Assembly: GCA_902806205.1 (NCBI GenBank)
Contig: CADCVR010000102.1
Coordinates: forward strand, 17,640 to 81,639
Direction: 5' to 3'
DNA: 64,000 nucleotides
Source: an uncultured Solirubrobacteraceae bacterium
Lineage (GTDB): Bacteria > Actinomycetota > Thermoleophilia > Solirubrobacterales > Solirubrobacteraceae
Shown here: in pieces, positions 1-9,153 of the stretch
Numbering within the stretch: the first letter of the stretch is position 1
Layout of the letters: each line of letters starts with the position of its first letter
Position numbers and translations under genes: made by a program
The notes under the pieces: generated by a model
Told to the model about the DNA's origin: nothing
The model's database searches: none
Seen by the model: only the letters and a program-made list of their open reading frames with translations

Positions 1-1
1 T

Positions 2-169
2 CTCTCCGCGCTCAACGCCCTCATCCGCCAGCACAACGAGTGGTACCCCGTCGAGCGCGACCTGCCGATGGACCCCCGCACCGGCGACTACGTGCTCGTC
101 CACGGACGCTCGTACAAGCGCGAGCTTCTCGGGCCCGAGTGGATCCTCACGCAGTTTCCGGCGTCCTGA
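2..169 (+). CDS. Hypothetical protein, 3' partial (LSALNALIRQHNEWYPVERDLPMDPRTGDY...QFPAS*)
   Basis: Hand translation of frame 2; GC3-rich codons; open from window edge to TGA at 167-169. Confidence 0.6.
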   Translation, partial: LSALNALIRQHNEWYPVERDLPMDPRTGDYVLVHGRSYKRELLGPEWILTQFPAS

Positions 170-296
170 CTGGCGGCAATGCGCGGGCGAGGAGCCCAAG
201 ACGGCGAGCAGCCATGGTTCCCGGGACGCCAGCGCAGGGCGGGTGCGCCGACGGCCGCCGGCACGGCCGTCGGCGTCCGTTCTCTAACCTGCGTCC

Positions 297-1229
297 ATGC
301 GCAAGCTCATGACCTCCCTCTGCGTCATCGCCGGGATGGGCGCGGGTGCGACCGCCCTCGCCGGCTGCGGCGGCGACGAGGTCGCGGGGCTCGACGTCGC
401 CAAGGCGGCCGCGGCCACCGCCGACAAGGGCACCGCTCGCATCGCGGTGAAGATCAGGGTGGAGGGTGCGGGCCTGCCGTTGCCCGTCGACCTTGACGCC
501 AAGGGGATCACGGCCCTGGGCGCTCCCAAGGGCAGGCTCACGTTCGATCTGGCGCCGCTGCTGGGCATGGCGGGTGCGCCGAAGGGCACCCCGGGAGACC
601 TCGAGGTGCGCTTCGACGGCGGGACGCTGTACGCCAGGCCGCCCGCGCTCGACGAGCTCAAGATCCCGAATGGCAAGCGCTGGGTCTCGCTCCGGCTGCC
701 GAAGCTCGCGTCGGCGCTCGGGCTGCCGACCCGGGGGCTCGGCAAGCTCTTCACGCTCGAGCCTGCCGCGCAACTGCGCGCGCTGAAGGCGGCCAAGGGC
801 CTCAAGGAGGTCGGCAAGGAGGACGTGGGCGGCGCCGAGACCACGCACTACCGGGGCACGTTCAAGCTCACCGACTTCGTCGCGACGCTGCCTCCGGCCG
901 AGCGTGCGGAGGTCGAGCGGGCGATCAAGGAGCTCGAGCGGCTGGGCGGGGACAGCGGCGCGGGCCTCGACGATCCTGTCCCCGCCGACCTCTGGGTCGA
1001 CGAGGAGGGCGTGACCCGCAAGCTGCTGTCCACGGCCAGGCTTCCTGGCCAGAACGGCCAGCCGGGCGGGACGATCAAGCAGAGCTACGTGCTCAGCGAC
1101 TTCGGCGTTGCGCTCGACGCGTCGCCGCCGGCCGCGGGCGAGACCTACGACGCGACGGCCGCGCTCGCCGGGCTGCTGAAGCAGGTCTCGACGTCGGGTG
1201 GCGGGAGCGCGCAGACGCCGACGCCATAG
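297..1229 (+). CDS. Lipoprotein, LppX/LprAFG-like
   Basis: Lipobox LAGC; beta-rich body with LppX-like segments (ETTHYRGT, DLWVDEEG, LSDFG). Confidence 0.65.
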   Translation: MRKLMTSLCVIAGMGAGATALAGCGGDEVAGLDVAKAAAATADKGTARIAVKIRVEGAGLPLPVDLDAKGITALGAPKGRLTFDLAPLLGMAGAPKGTPGDLEVRFDGGTLYARPPALDELKIPNGKRWVSLRLPKLASALGLPTRGLGKLFTLEPAAQLRALKAAKGLKEVGKEDVGGAETTHYRGTFKLTDFVATLPPAERAEVERAIKELERLGGDSGAGLDDPVPADLWVDEEGVTRKLLSTARLPGQNGQPGGTIKQSYVLSDFGVALDASPPAAGETYDATAALAGLLKQVSTSGGGSAQTPTP

Positions 1230-1258
1230 GCGGCGACGTCCGTGTCACAGTCGTCCTC

Positions 1259-1963
1259 GTGAGTGACCGGGTGGGGCGCACGGCGCAGTACGACGTCTTC
1301 GCTGACGAGTTCCGCCGCCACGCAGTGGACGGGTTCTACAACGCCCACTGCGACCGGCCGGCGTGCCTGGCCCTGCTCGGAGTCGTCGCCGGGCGGCACG
1401 TGCTGGACGCCGCGTGCGGCCCGGGGCTCTACGCCGAGGAGCTGGTGGCCCGCGGTGCGCAGGTGACGGGGTTCGACCAGAGCCCGCGCATGGTGGAGAT
1501 CTGCTCTGAACGAGTGCCCGCTGGCGACTTCCGCGTCCACGACCTCGGCGACCCCCTGGACTGGTTGGGTGACTGTTCGGTGGACCTGGCGTTGCTCGCG
1601 CTGGCCATCGAGTACGTCGACGACCGCGTGCAAGCCCTCCGGGAGCTGCGCAGGGTGCTGCGTCCCGGCGGTGCGCTCGTGCTGTCCCGGCAGCATCCGA
1701 CGGCGGACTGGCTGCGCCATGGCGGCAGCTACTTCGACGTGCGGGTGATCGAAGAGGTCTGGAGCAAGGGGTGGGCGGTGCGCTACTGGTTGGCGCCGCT
1801 GCAGCAGACGTGCGAGGAGCTCTTCCAGGCCGGCTTTCTGATCGAGCGTCTGCTCGAGCCCACGCCCTCCCCGGAGGCGGCTGCCCTCGACCCGGAGCGC
1901 CACCGGCGACTGTCTCGAGAGCCGATGGGATTCCTCGCCCTCCGGGCCGTGCGCCGGGATTGA
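1259..1963 (+). CDS. Class I SAM-dependent methyltransferase
   Basis: VLDAACGPG motif I, GFDQS, LRRVLRPGG. Confidence 0.9.
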   Translation: MSDRVGRTAQYDVFADEFRRHAVDGFYNAHCDRPACLALLGVVAGRHVLDAACGPGLYAEELVARGAQVTGFDQSPRMVEICSERVPAGDFRVHDLGDPLDWLGDCSVDLALLALAIEYVDDRVQALRELRRVLRPGGALVLSRQHPTADWLRHGGSYFDVRVIEEVWSKGWAVRYWLAPLQQTCEELFQAGFLIERLLEPTPSPEAAALDPERHRRLSREPMGFLALRAVRRD

Positions 1964-1986
1964 GGACTGCTACCGAGTCGTCGCCG

Positions 1987-2586
1987 TCAGGCGAGCACGC
2001 CCTCGAGGTAGGGCCCCAGCAGCGTCGCGACGGAGTCGGCGCCCATGCCCGGCGGGGCGCTGGGCAGCGTGGCGCAGCTGATGGCCAGGCGCACGACGCA
2101 CTCGGCCAGCAGGCGCGCCTGCTCGGGCGCCATGGGCGCCCAGGCCTGGTCGAGGAAGGCGGCGAGGCGTTCCGTCGCGTGCCCGAGGACCGGCCGGCCC
2201 TGTGTCGTGACGAGCGGCAGCAGCTCGTCGCTGCTCTTCCCCGAGACGATGGAGCGCACGAGCGGGTCGTCGGCGGCCGCGGTGAGGAAGACGTCGAAGG
2301 CAGCCGAGAGGGCGCGGGCCGGCTCGTCGAGATGAGCCTGCACCGCCGCCTCGACGGCCTCGAGGAAGCAGTCGACCTCGCGCAACACGTAGGCCTGCGC
2401 GAACTCCTCGCGTGAGCCGAACGCCTTGTACAGCGTCTGCCGGCTCACGCCGGCCGCACGGGCGACCTCCGCCATCGTCACCGTCGCCCACTCGCGGGTG
2501 GTCAACTGCTCGCGCATCGCATCGAGCAGCGTGCTGCGCAGCAGCTCCCGGGCGGCGACGGCGTAGGGGACGGGCGCCTCGGCCAT
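1987..2586 (-). CDS. TetR-family regulator of the alkB operon (AlkU/AlkX-like)
   Basis: HTH VTMAEVARAAGVSRQTLYKAFGS; lies directly after alkB and rubredoxin. Confidence 0.85.
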   Translation of the reverse strand: MAEAPVPYAVAARELLRSTLLDAMREQLTTREWATVTMAEVARAAGVSRQTLYKAFGSREEFAQAYVLREVDCFLEAVEAAVQAHLDEPARALSAAFDVFLTAAADDPLVRSIVSGKSSDELLPLVTTQGRPVLGHATERLAAFLDQAWAPMAPEQARLLAECVVRLAISCATLPSAPPGMGADSVATLLGPYLEGVLA

Positions 2587-2602
2587 GTGCGGCACCCGGA
2601 CT

Positions 2603-2767
2603 CTAGGCCGCGGGCTCGAAGTCCGGCTTGCTCTCCACGCCGCAGTCCGGACACGGCCAGTCGTCCGGAACCGCGCTCCACCCCGTCCCCGGCGGGAAGC
2701 CCTCGCGCGGATTGCCCTGCTCCTCGTCGTAGGTGAAGCCGCACTCCGGGCAGCGAAAAGCGCTCAC
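2603..2767 (-). CDS. Rubredoxin (54 aa)
   Basis: CPECG...CPDCG pair; GTG start overlaps alkB stop (GTGA); appears only as the tail of the 2603-3718 ORF in the track. Confidence 0.92.
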   Translation of the reverse strand: MSAFRCPECGFTYDEEQGNPREGFPPGTGWSAVPDDWPCPDCGVESKPDFEPAA

Positions 2768-3996
2768 GCGACGAGCCCCGCGGTGTTGTTCTCGCCCCCG
2801 TAGCGGCGCAGCACCCGCTCGCGCCGGCGCGGGTGGATGTTCGCCCGGGTGACGTCGCCGTCGTAATGGTCCAGGACACGGGGGTCCATCACGCGCCGCC
2901 ACAGCGGCGGCACCACCGCCAGCACGATCATCGTCGCGTAGCCCGACGGCAGCTCGGGCGCCTCGTCGAAGTGGCGCAGCGCCTGGAAGCGGCGCAGCGG
3001 GTGCGCGTGGTGGTCGGAGTGGCGCTGCAGGTGATAGAGCAGGACGTTGGAGGACACCCTGTTCGAGTTCCACGAATGCCGGGGCTCCGTCCGCACGTAG
3101 CGGCCGTCCTCGCGCTTGTCCCGCAGCAGGCCGTAGTGCTCGAGGTAGTTGACGACCTCGAGCAGCGAGAAGCCGAAGACCGCCTGGACGAGCAGCCACG
3201 GCAGGACGGCCACGCCGAAGGTCGCGGTGAGCGCGCCGAAGAGCACGACCGTCATCGCCCAGGCGTTGAGGATGTCGTTCTTGATGGTCCAGGGGGAGGA
3301 GCCCCCGCGGCGCAGACGCTCGGCCTCGAGCTCCCAGCTCGACTTGAGCGAGCCCGTCACCGTACGCGGGAGGAACGCCCAGAAGCTCTCGCCCATCCGT
3401 GAGCTCGCGGGATCCTCCGGAGTGGCGACGCGGACGTGGTGGCCCCGGTTGTGTTCGATGAAGAAGTGGCCGTAGCCCGACTGGGCCAGCGCGACCTTGC
3501 TCAGCCAGCGCTCCACGCTCGCGCGCTTGTGGCCGAGCTCGTGCGCCGTGTTGATCGCGATGCCGCACACGCAGCCGACGGTCAGTGCGAGGCCGAGCGA
3601 CTCCACGGCGGACAGCCCGCCGCCCGCCCACAGCCAGCAGGCCACCACGAGCGACGTGTACTGCAGCGGCAGGTAGAGGTACGTGCACCAGCGGTAGTAG
3701 CGGTCCTGCTCGAGCCACTGCACGACGGAGTCCGGCGGGTTCTTGGCGTCGTCGCCCACCAGGTGGTCGAGGAAGGGCATGACGCCGAACACGAACAGCG
3801 GGCCGAAGAACCAGAAGACCCCGAGGCCGGTGACTTCCACGAGACCCCAGGCGATGAACGGCAGCGTGGGTACCAGGAGGCCCAGCAGCCAGGCGTAGCG
3901 CTTGGAGTCGGTCCAGCGGGCGGGCGTCAGCTCGGGTACGCCGCCGTGCACCGCTTCCGTCGTCGTCATCTGGACACCGTAGCCCGTCTTGTCCAC
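2764..3996 (-). CDS. alkB: Alkane 1-monooxygenase
   Basis: His boxes NTAHELGHK, EHNRGHH, NYLEHYGL, LQRHSDHHAHP; multiple TM helices. Confidence 0.97.
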   Translation of the reverse strand: MDKTGYGVQMTTTEAVHGGVPELTPARWTDSKRYAWLLGLLVPTLPFIAWGLVEVTGLGVFWFFGPLFVFGVMPFLDHLVGDDAKNPPDSVVQWLEQDRYYRWCTYLYLPLQYTSLVVACWLWAGGGLSAVESLGLALTVGCVCGIAINTAHELGHKRASVERWLSKVALAQSGYGHFFIEHNRGHHVRVATPEDPASSRMGESFWAFLPRTVTGSLKSSWELEAERLRRGGSSPWTIKNDILNAWAMTVVLFGALTATFGVAVLPWLLVQAVFGFSLLEVVNYLEHYGLLRDKREDGRYVRTEPRHSWNSNRVSSNVLLYHLQRHSDHHAHPLRRFQALRHFDEAPELPSGYATMIVLAVVPPLWRRVMDPRVLDHYDGDVTRANIHPRRRERVLRRYGGENNTAGLVA

Positions 3997-4053
3997 CGAT
4001 ACAACAGCGACGGAGAAATGTTTGACACCGCGTCAGCTCGACAGCGGCGGGAG

Positions 4054-4272
4054 CTACATCCCGACGGTGCGGCGGAAGAGCACCAGGCAGATCACCGCGA
4101 TGATGCCCGACAGCACCGGGATGCCGAGGCCAAAACCGCCGACGATCGCCAGCACCAGGCCGACCACGGCGATCACGCCGAAGGTGCCGCCCGCGGCGGC
4201 CAGGCGGAAGGCGCGGGCTTCACGGTCCTTGCGGGAGACGCGCTTGGGAGAACGGGGCTCGAGGCTGGTCAC
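4054..4272 (-). CDS. Small membrane protein (2 TM)
   Basis: Hydrophobic C-terminal part of ORF 4054-6003; GTG overlaps upstream stop (GTGA). Confidence 0.65.
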   Translation of the reverse strand: MTSLEPRSPKRVSRKDREARAFRLAAAGGTFGVIAVVGLVLAIVGGFGLGIPVLSGIIAVICLVLFRRTVGM

Positions 4273-4595
4273 GCGGACATCGTCGCACGCGCCGGGGTGG
4301 TGCGGTCGGTTGTCGCCCAGGCGGCCAGCCCGACGAGCGCGGCGACGAGCGCGACGGCACCCCAGGTGCCCAGCACGTCGGCCACGAGATGGGAGGCGAC
4401 GAACGCCGCGACGTAGAGCCCGACGAGCGCCGCGGCCACGCCTGCGCCGGCCCTCTCGCGCCAGCGCAGCGCGCACCAGCCGGCGCCCGCGAGCAACACC
4501 ACGCCACCGAGCGGACGGACGCCGGTCGCCTGCGCGACGCCGAAGCCGAGCACCAGCGAGCCGGCGGCCACGGGCCAGGTGGGGAGGTTGCGCAT
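4269..4595 (-). CDS. Hypothetical membrane protein (about 4 TM)
   Basis: MRNLPTWPVAAGSLVLGFGVAQ...; translational coupling to next gene. Confidence 0.7.
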   Translation of the reverse strand: MRNLPTWPVAAGSLVLGFGVAQATGVRPLGGVVLLAGAGWCALRWRERAGAGVAAALVGLYVAAFVASHLVADVLGTWGAVALVAALVGLAAWATTDRTTPARATMSA

Positions 4596-4698
4596 GGCTT
4601 CCAGGGTAGGGCGCCGGGCTTCGCGCCCCGCCGGGGTCGGGCCTGCCCGCCCTCCGGGGCGAGGCGACCGCGCGCGCGTCGGCGCTAGCGTCCGCGCG

Positions 4699-5907
4699 AT
4701 GAGCCCGTTCGACGATCCCGAGACCCTCGAGCGCTTCGCCCGGCTCGCGGTCGGCTTCGCCGCCAACGTCCAGCCCGGCCAGCTCGTACAGGTCAAGTCG
4801 GAGATCGGCAAGGAGGCATTGACCCGCGCGGTCGCCGCCGAGGCCTACCGCACGGGAGCGAAGTACGTCGACGTGGAGTACTTCGACCTGCACGTCAAGC
4901 GCGCCCGCCTCGAGCATGCGGCGCAGGAGACGCTCGACTGGGTGCCGGACTGGCTCGGAGCGAAGCTCCTGGCGCTCTCCGACGCCCACGCCGCACGCAT
5001 CGCGCTCAGCGGTCCGGCCGCACCTCGCCTGCTCGAGGGCATCGATCCCGCGCGCTCGGGCAAGGACCAGCTCCCGGCCCTGAAGGAGACGGGCCCGGTG
5101 GTCAACGCGCGGACGACGAACTGGACGATTCTGCCCTGTCCGACGCGCCCTTGGGCCGAGGAGGTCCACCCGGGGCTCGAGCCCGACGCCGCGTGGGCGC
5201 GGCTCGGCGAGCAGCTGCTGCACGTCTGCCGCCTCGACGAGGACGATCCCGTCGCGGCCTGGCGCGAGCGCGCCGCGGTCCTGGTCGGCGCCGCCGCGCG
5301 CCTGACCGAGCGCCGCTTCGAGGCGGTTCGCTTCCGCGGCGAGGGCACCGACCTGCGGGTCGGCCTGCTGCCCACCTCCACCTGGCTGGCGGCGCAGTTC
5401 ACGACCATCGACGGCCTCGCCCACATGCCGAACCTCCCGAGCGAGGAGATCTTCTGCTCCCCTGACCCCGAACGGGTGGACGGCGTGGTGCGGGCCACGA
5501 AGCCGCTCGTGCTCGGCGGCAGCGTCATCCGCGGCCTCGAGGTGGAGTTCTCCGGCGGCGTGGCCGTTCGCATCGATGCCGAGGAGGGCGCCGACGTGCT
5601 GCGGGGCTACGCCGCCAAGGACGCGGGAGCGGCGCGCCTCGGCGAGGTCGCCCTCGTCGACGGCGATGGCCGTATCGGCAGGCTCGACACGGTCTTCTAC
5701 GACACGCTGCTCGACGAGAACGCCGCAAGCCACATCGCCCTGGGCAACGCGTACAGCTTCGGCGCCGGCAAGGCCGATCAGGACCGGCTGAACCGCTCGG
5801 CGATCCACGTCGACTTCATGATCGGCTCCGACGCCATGGAGGTCGACGGCCTGGCCGCCGCGGGCGGGGAGACGTCCGTCCTGCGCGGAGGGGCCTGGCA
5901 GCTGTAG
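4699..5907 (+). CDS. Aminopeptidase, M29 family (AmpS/PepS/aminopeptidase T)
   Basis: NLPSEEIF, LGEVALV, LLDENAASHIALG, SAIHVDFMIGS motifs. Confidence 0.93.
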   Translation: MSPFDDPETLERFARLAVGFAANVQPGQLVQVKSEIGKEALTRAVAAEAYRTGAKYVDVEYFDLHVKRARLEHAAQETLDWVPDWLGAKLLALSDAHAARIALSGPAAPRLLEGIDPARSGKDQLPALKETGPVVNARTTNWTILPCPTRPWAEEVHPGLEPDAAWARLGEQLLHVCRLDEDDPVAAWRERAAVLVGAAARLTERRFEAVRFRGEGTDLRVGLLPTSTWLAAQFTTIDGLAHMPNLPSEEIFCSPDPERVDGVVRATKPLVLGGSVIRGLEVEFSGGVAVRIDAEEGADVLRGYAAKDAGAARLGEVALVDGDGRIGRLDTVFYDTLLDENAASHIALGNAYSFGAGKADQDRLNRSAIHVDFMIGSDAMEVDGLAAAGGETSVLRGGAWQL

Positions 5908-6072
5908 GACCATCGTCGAGGGCGGATGGTGCGCCCGAGGTGGTTTCCGGCGGGTGCGCGAATATTTCGACCGGCTCCGACTGGCGCCGGTGCGCTGCGA
6001 CACGCCGACGGATCCGAGAGCCGTGGCCCGCGGAACCCGACTGAGCTAGGCTTGGTCACTCGCAGGACCCCA

Positions 6073-6159
6073 GGAGAGGTGCCAGAGCGGCTGAATGGGC
6101 ACGACTGGAAATCGTGTGTGCGTTTGCGCGTACCGAGGGTTCGAATCCCTCTCTCTCCG
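6073..6159 (+). tRNA. tRNA-Ser (anticodon GGA); CCA end not fully encoded (CCT follows)
   Basis: Acceptor GGAGAGG/TCTCTCC, anticodon arm CACGA-CTGGAAA-TCGTG, long variable arm, T arm GAGGG-TTCGAAT-CCCTC. Confidence 0.97.
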
Positions 6160-6558
6160 CCTGGCGTCCTGTCAGAACGGCTCTCAAAAAGAGGCGGGAC
6201 GGGCAGGCCTTCTGGCGCCGTCCGTGGAGGCGGCGTTGTGCGGATGGGCCGCTACTGCGGCGCCCCCGCGCCACCGGTGTCCGTGGCTCGAGAGGCACCA
6301 TGCGAACCACCCCCTCACCACGGTGAGCGTGGCCGCCAGTTGCTCTCGGCCTCGCCGTTGCGCGTCTCAGGAGCGGCACGTTCTCTTCGGCTTCCACCGT
6401 CGCGTGCGAGGTCTGAACAGAGCGCCCGCACATCAGCCACGGCCTCGAAGGGAGTCACCGTGGATGGTCCAGGCGTGGTAGGCGTCGTGGACCGTGACGG
6501 GTGTGCGTGAGGGGCGCCGTCCCCGGAGGGTAAGGCGCCCGTCACGTTGCTGCACCTG

Positions 6559-6717
6559 CTAGTTGTCGGGGGAACCCTCGTCCGGAGCCTCGGCGGGGGT
6601 TTCGGCGGGGGATTCGTTGGGGGCCGGGGCTTTGGTGGGGGCCGGGGCGTCCGGGTCGCTCGCGGCGGGGGAGGGCTCGCCCGGGGTGGGCGATTCTTTG
6701 GAACTCTCGTCGGTCAT
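6559..6717 (-). CDS. Small acidic Pro-rich protein, 52 aa (MTDESSKESPTPGEPSPAASDPDAPAPTKAPAPNESPAETPAEAPDEGSPDN)
   Basis: ATG preceded by GAGGAG at about 8 nt; below the ORF-track length cutoff. Confidence 0.55.
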   Translation of the reverse strand: MTDESSKESPTPGEPSPAASDPDAPAPTKAPAPNESPAETPAEAPDEGSPDN

Positions 6718-6899
6718 CCTGGGCTTCTCCTCGGGTTGGGTGGTGAGGGCGAGCCTACCTCACGAAACCGCAGCGGCGCCTGCCGCGTAAACCCCGCCCC
6801 GGCGCACTCGTGCGACGCTTGGACGACGGGGCGCGCGGCTTCGTCGAAGCAGCTGTTCCGCTTCGTCCTGGCGCGGGCCGCAACGCATAGAGTCGCCGT

Positions 6900-7226
6900 G
6901 TGTCGACGGTCGAGGAGTACGTCGAGGAACTGACCCCCGGCCAGCGCGAGCAGTTCGAGCGCGTGCGCGCGATCGTCAGGCGGCTCGTGCCCGACGCCGA
7001 GGAGACGATCAGCTACCGGATCCCGACGTTCAAGCACCGCGGCAAGTACCTCATCTACTTCGCCGCCTTCCAGAACCACATGAGCGTGTACCCGACCGTC
7101 GGCGCCGTCGAGGCCACGCCGGGCACCAAGGGCACGTTTCGCTTCACCGAGGACAAGCCGGTCCCGCAGGACGTCGTGGTGGATATCGTGACCCACCGGC
7201 TCGCCCAGATCGACCGCCGCCGATGA
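6900..7226 (+). CDS. DUF1801/YdhG-like protein
   Basis: VEEYV...EETISYRIPTF...YFAAFQNHMSVYP pattern. Confidence 0.85.
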   Translation: MSTVEEYVEELTPGQREQFERVRAIVRRLVPDAEETISYRIPTFKHRGKYLIYFAAFQNHMSVYPTVGAVEATPGTKGTFRFTEDKPVPQDVVVDIVTHRLAQIDRRR

Positions 7227-7504
7227 TCGGGACGCGCGTGGTGATTTGGCGTCCTCGGCGACGACGGCACCGGCTCGGCGGCGCTCGTCGCTGCGGCCAG
7301 GTGCTTGGTGTACCGGTCACGCGGCGGCAAGCTCCACCGCGATCCGCGCGCGAGGAGTGATGCGCTCGAAGCATCGTCACCCTGCCGGGCATCGGATCGA
7401 CTCTGCGATGTTCTCGCTGCTGCTCAAAAGAGCTGTCAGCCGACGCTGATGTCCTGAGCGGCAGTGCAGGCGCCCGTCTCAGGCGTCGGCGACTCTTCTG
7501 CTGG

Positions 7505-7894
7505 TCATGACGCCTTGTCCAGGTAGGCCTTGACGAGTCGCTTAGGCGCCCGTGCCAGCCAGGCTTCGACGATCACCTCTCCGAGGTCCGCGACGGTGAT
7601 CGGGTCGAGCCGCACCAGGATCGCCGGGTAGCCATCGAAGTGGGGGGTGGTGAAGAAGACGCTCTCGCCGCTGGCGAGGAATGCCTCCTTTGCGCCCAGG
7701 TGCTCCACGCGGGCGCCGAGGATGGGCCCGTCGGGTGCCTCGCCGCCGAGGGCCTCCAGGTCCGCTCGGCGAAGTGGGCGCTCCCACACGAAGAGCTTGT
7801 CCTTGACCAGCCATTGACGCAGCTCGCGCGAGGTTCGCTCGCTGGTCTCGGGCAGCGTGAGCGCGCGCTGACGCACATTCTCCCAGTTGGCCAC
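7505..7894 (-). CDS. MmcQ/YjbR-family protein
   Basis: [37 protein letters not shown]. Confidence 0.85.
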   Translation of the reverse strand: MANWENVRQRALTLPETSERTSRELRQWLVKDKLFVWERPLRRADLEALGGEAPDGPILGARVEHLGAKEAFLASGESVFFTTPHFDGYPAILVRLDPITVADLGEVIVEAWLARAPKRLVKAYLDKAS

Positions 7895-7985
7895 GGCGAC
7901 ACGGTCGCACACCGAGAGAGTCGTCGGCTTCATCTTCGGCCACCTCCTCGGCTTCGAACTGCTGCCACGGTTGAAGCACGTCGGC

Positions 7986-8545
7986 TCAGCCCGTCTGTAC
8001 CGAGCACCGCTTGATGAGGCGTTCGACCCTGGTGTCGAGGCGTTCGAACGCGGACGCTCGTGTTCGCGGTAGACCCGGCCGAAGCCGCGCAGCGGCGTCG
8101 AGCTCGCCGGCGGCGGCCGCCGCCGCGACGCCGCCCAGCCGGCGCAGCTTCCCCCTGCAGCCCGGTGACGCGCTCCGCGTCGAGCGACGCGAGCAGCGCA
8201 TCCCGCGCCGGCCACGCGTGGCGAACCTCGCCCGCGAGCTTGAAGCCATGCAGGCCTTCGAAGCGCGCCTGCAGCGGGCCGAGCACCGGGTCGCGCCGCC
8301 GAGCGCCGTCCACGCCGCACCGTCGGCGGCCGACCGCCGCGGGGTCCTCCTCGCCGTGAGCCTTCCCGGCCACGGGACCGTCGCGCTCTGCCTGGCGGAG
8401 CTCCACGCCCACGGGACCGCCCGTGTCCGTCGAGCAACGCCAGGCGCAGGACGTCGTCGTCGCCGGCCTCGACGGGTCCGAAGCCGACGCCGATGGCTTG
8501 GCGCAGGTCGAACGGCCCGCACGGCTCGAGCGTCAGCGACGGCAC
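7986..8545 (-). pseudogene. Fragmented DNA-3-methyladenine glycosylase II (AlkA-like) pseudogene
   Basis: Recognisable pieces in three different frames: MPSLTLEPCGPFDLRQAIGVGFG; GVELRQ...RRDPVLGPLQARFEGL; KLRRLGGVAAAAAAGELDAA; internal deletions. Confidence 0.65.
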
Positions 8546-8603
8546 GCCTCGAACGCCGGTCCGAACGAGCGCGGATCGCTCTGATGCTCAAAGGCCTTCG
8601 GCG

Positions 8604-8855
8604 TCATTCCGGCGCGTCGACGGCCAGGACGATGTGCCGACGTGAGACCGCGAGAAACGCGTGGTGCTCGGAGCCCCCGCCGTCGAGGCGCTCCACGGTC
8701 ACGTCGGTCAACGGGATGAAGTCGCGCTCGTTGGCGTTCAGGAGGTCTGACATGCGCGAGCGGTAGCCGTCGCGGGCCAGCGTCACCAGACCCCACACAC
8801 GGTGGCTTTCGGTCTCGAGGACGACGCGTTCCTGGCGATGCTGACCCTGGTCCAT
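8604..8855 (-). CDS. Small conserved hypothetical protein (DUF6812-like)
   Basis: RMSDLLNANERDFIPLTDV...FLAVSRRHIV pattern. Confidence 0.7.
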   Translation of the reverse strand: MDQGQHRQERVVLETESHRVWGLVTLARDGYRSRMSDLLNANERDFIPLTDVTVERLDGGGSEHHAFLAVSRRHIVLAVDAPE

Positions 8856-8955
8856 TCCCACATCCTCGCGCACGAGGCGGCGGGAGAGCCGTGCGCGCGA
8901 TCTGCGAGCTACCCCCGGCCTGTACGAGACGCGATCTCGAGACCAGGAGATTCGC

Positions 8956-9090
8956 TTGTTCGCCCGATTGACCATCGCGGCGGCGGTCACCGCCACGGCG
9001 GTGGCGCTTGCTCTCGCCGGGCCCGCGGCTGCCGCCTTCGCGCCGGCCCGCCACCGCGCCGCTCTATCCGGCGGCGGTCTCCGGCCGTAG
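8956..9090 (+). CDS. 44-aa ORF that is almost entirely a Sec signal peptide (possible remnant)
   Basis: AGGAG RBS, TTG start, hydrophobic stretch and AAA-A cleavage site, then only about 17 residues. Confidence 0.35.
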   Translation: MFARLTIAAAVTATAVALALAGPAAAAFAPARHRAALSGGGLRP

Positions 9091-9153
9091 CGGCCGCGCG
9101 TACCCCGGCCGGCGCCCGGATGAGTGCGCACGGGTAGCGTCCGTCGGACACCG

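Noticed and set aside
1-9. TCTCTCCGC matching the tRNA-Ser 3' end as an att site
   Set aside because: Only 9 bp, inside a coding region; no integrase and no longer duplicate in the window.
6315-6545. 76-aa minus-strand ORF after the tRNA
   Set aside because: No clear RBS or family similarity; cannot be supported.
7422-7501. Interrupted hairpin (GCCGACGC/GCGTCGGC, CCTGAG/CTCAGG) as a riboswitch
   Set aside because: Lies between convergent 3' ends and matches no aptamer consensus I recognise; more likely a terminator-like structure.
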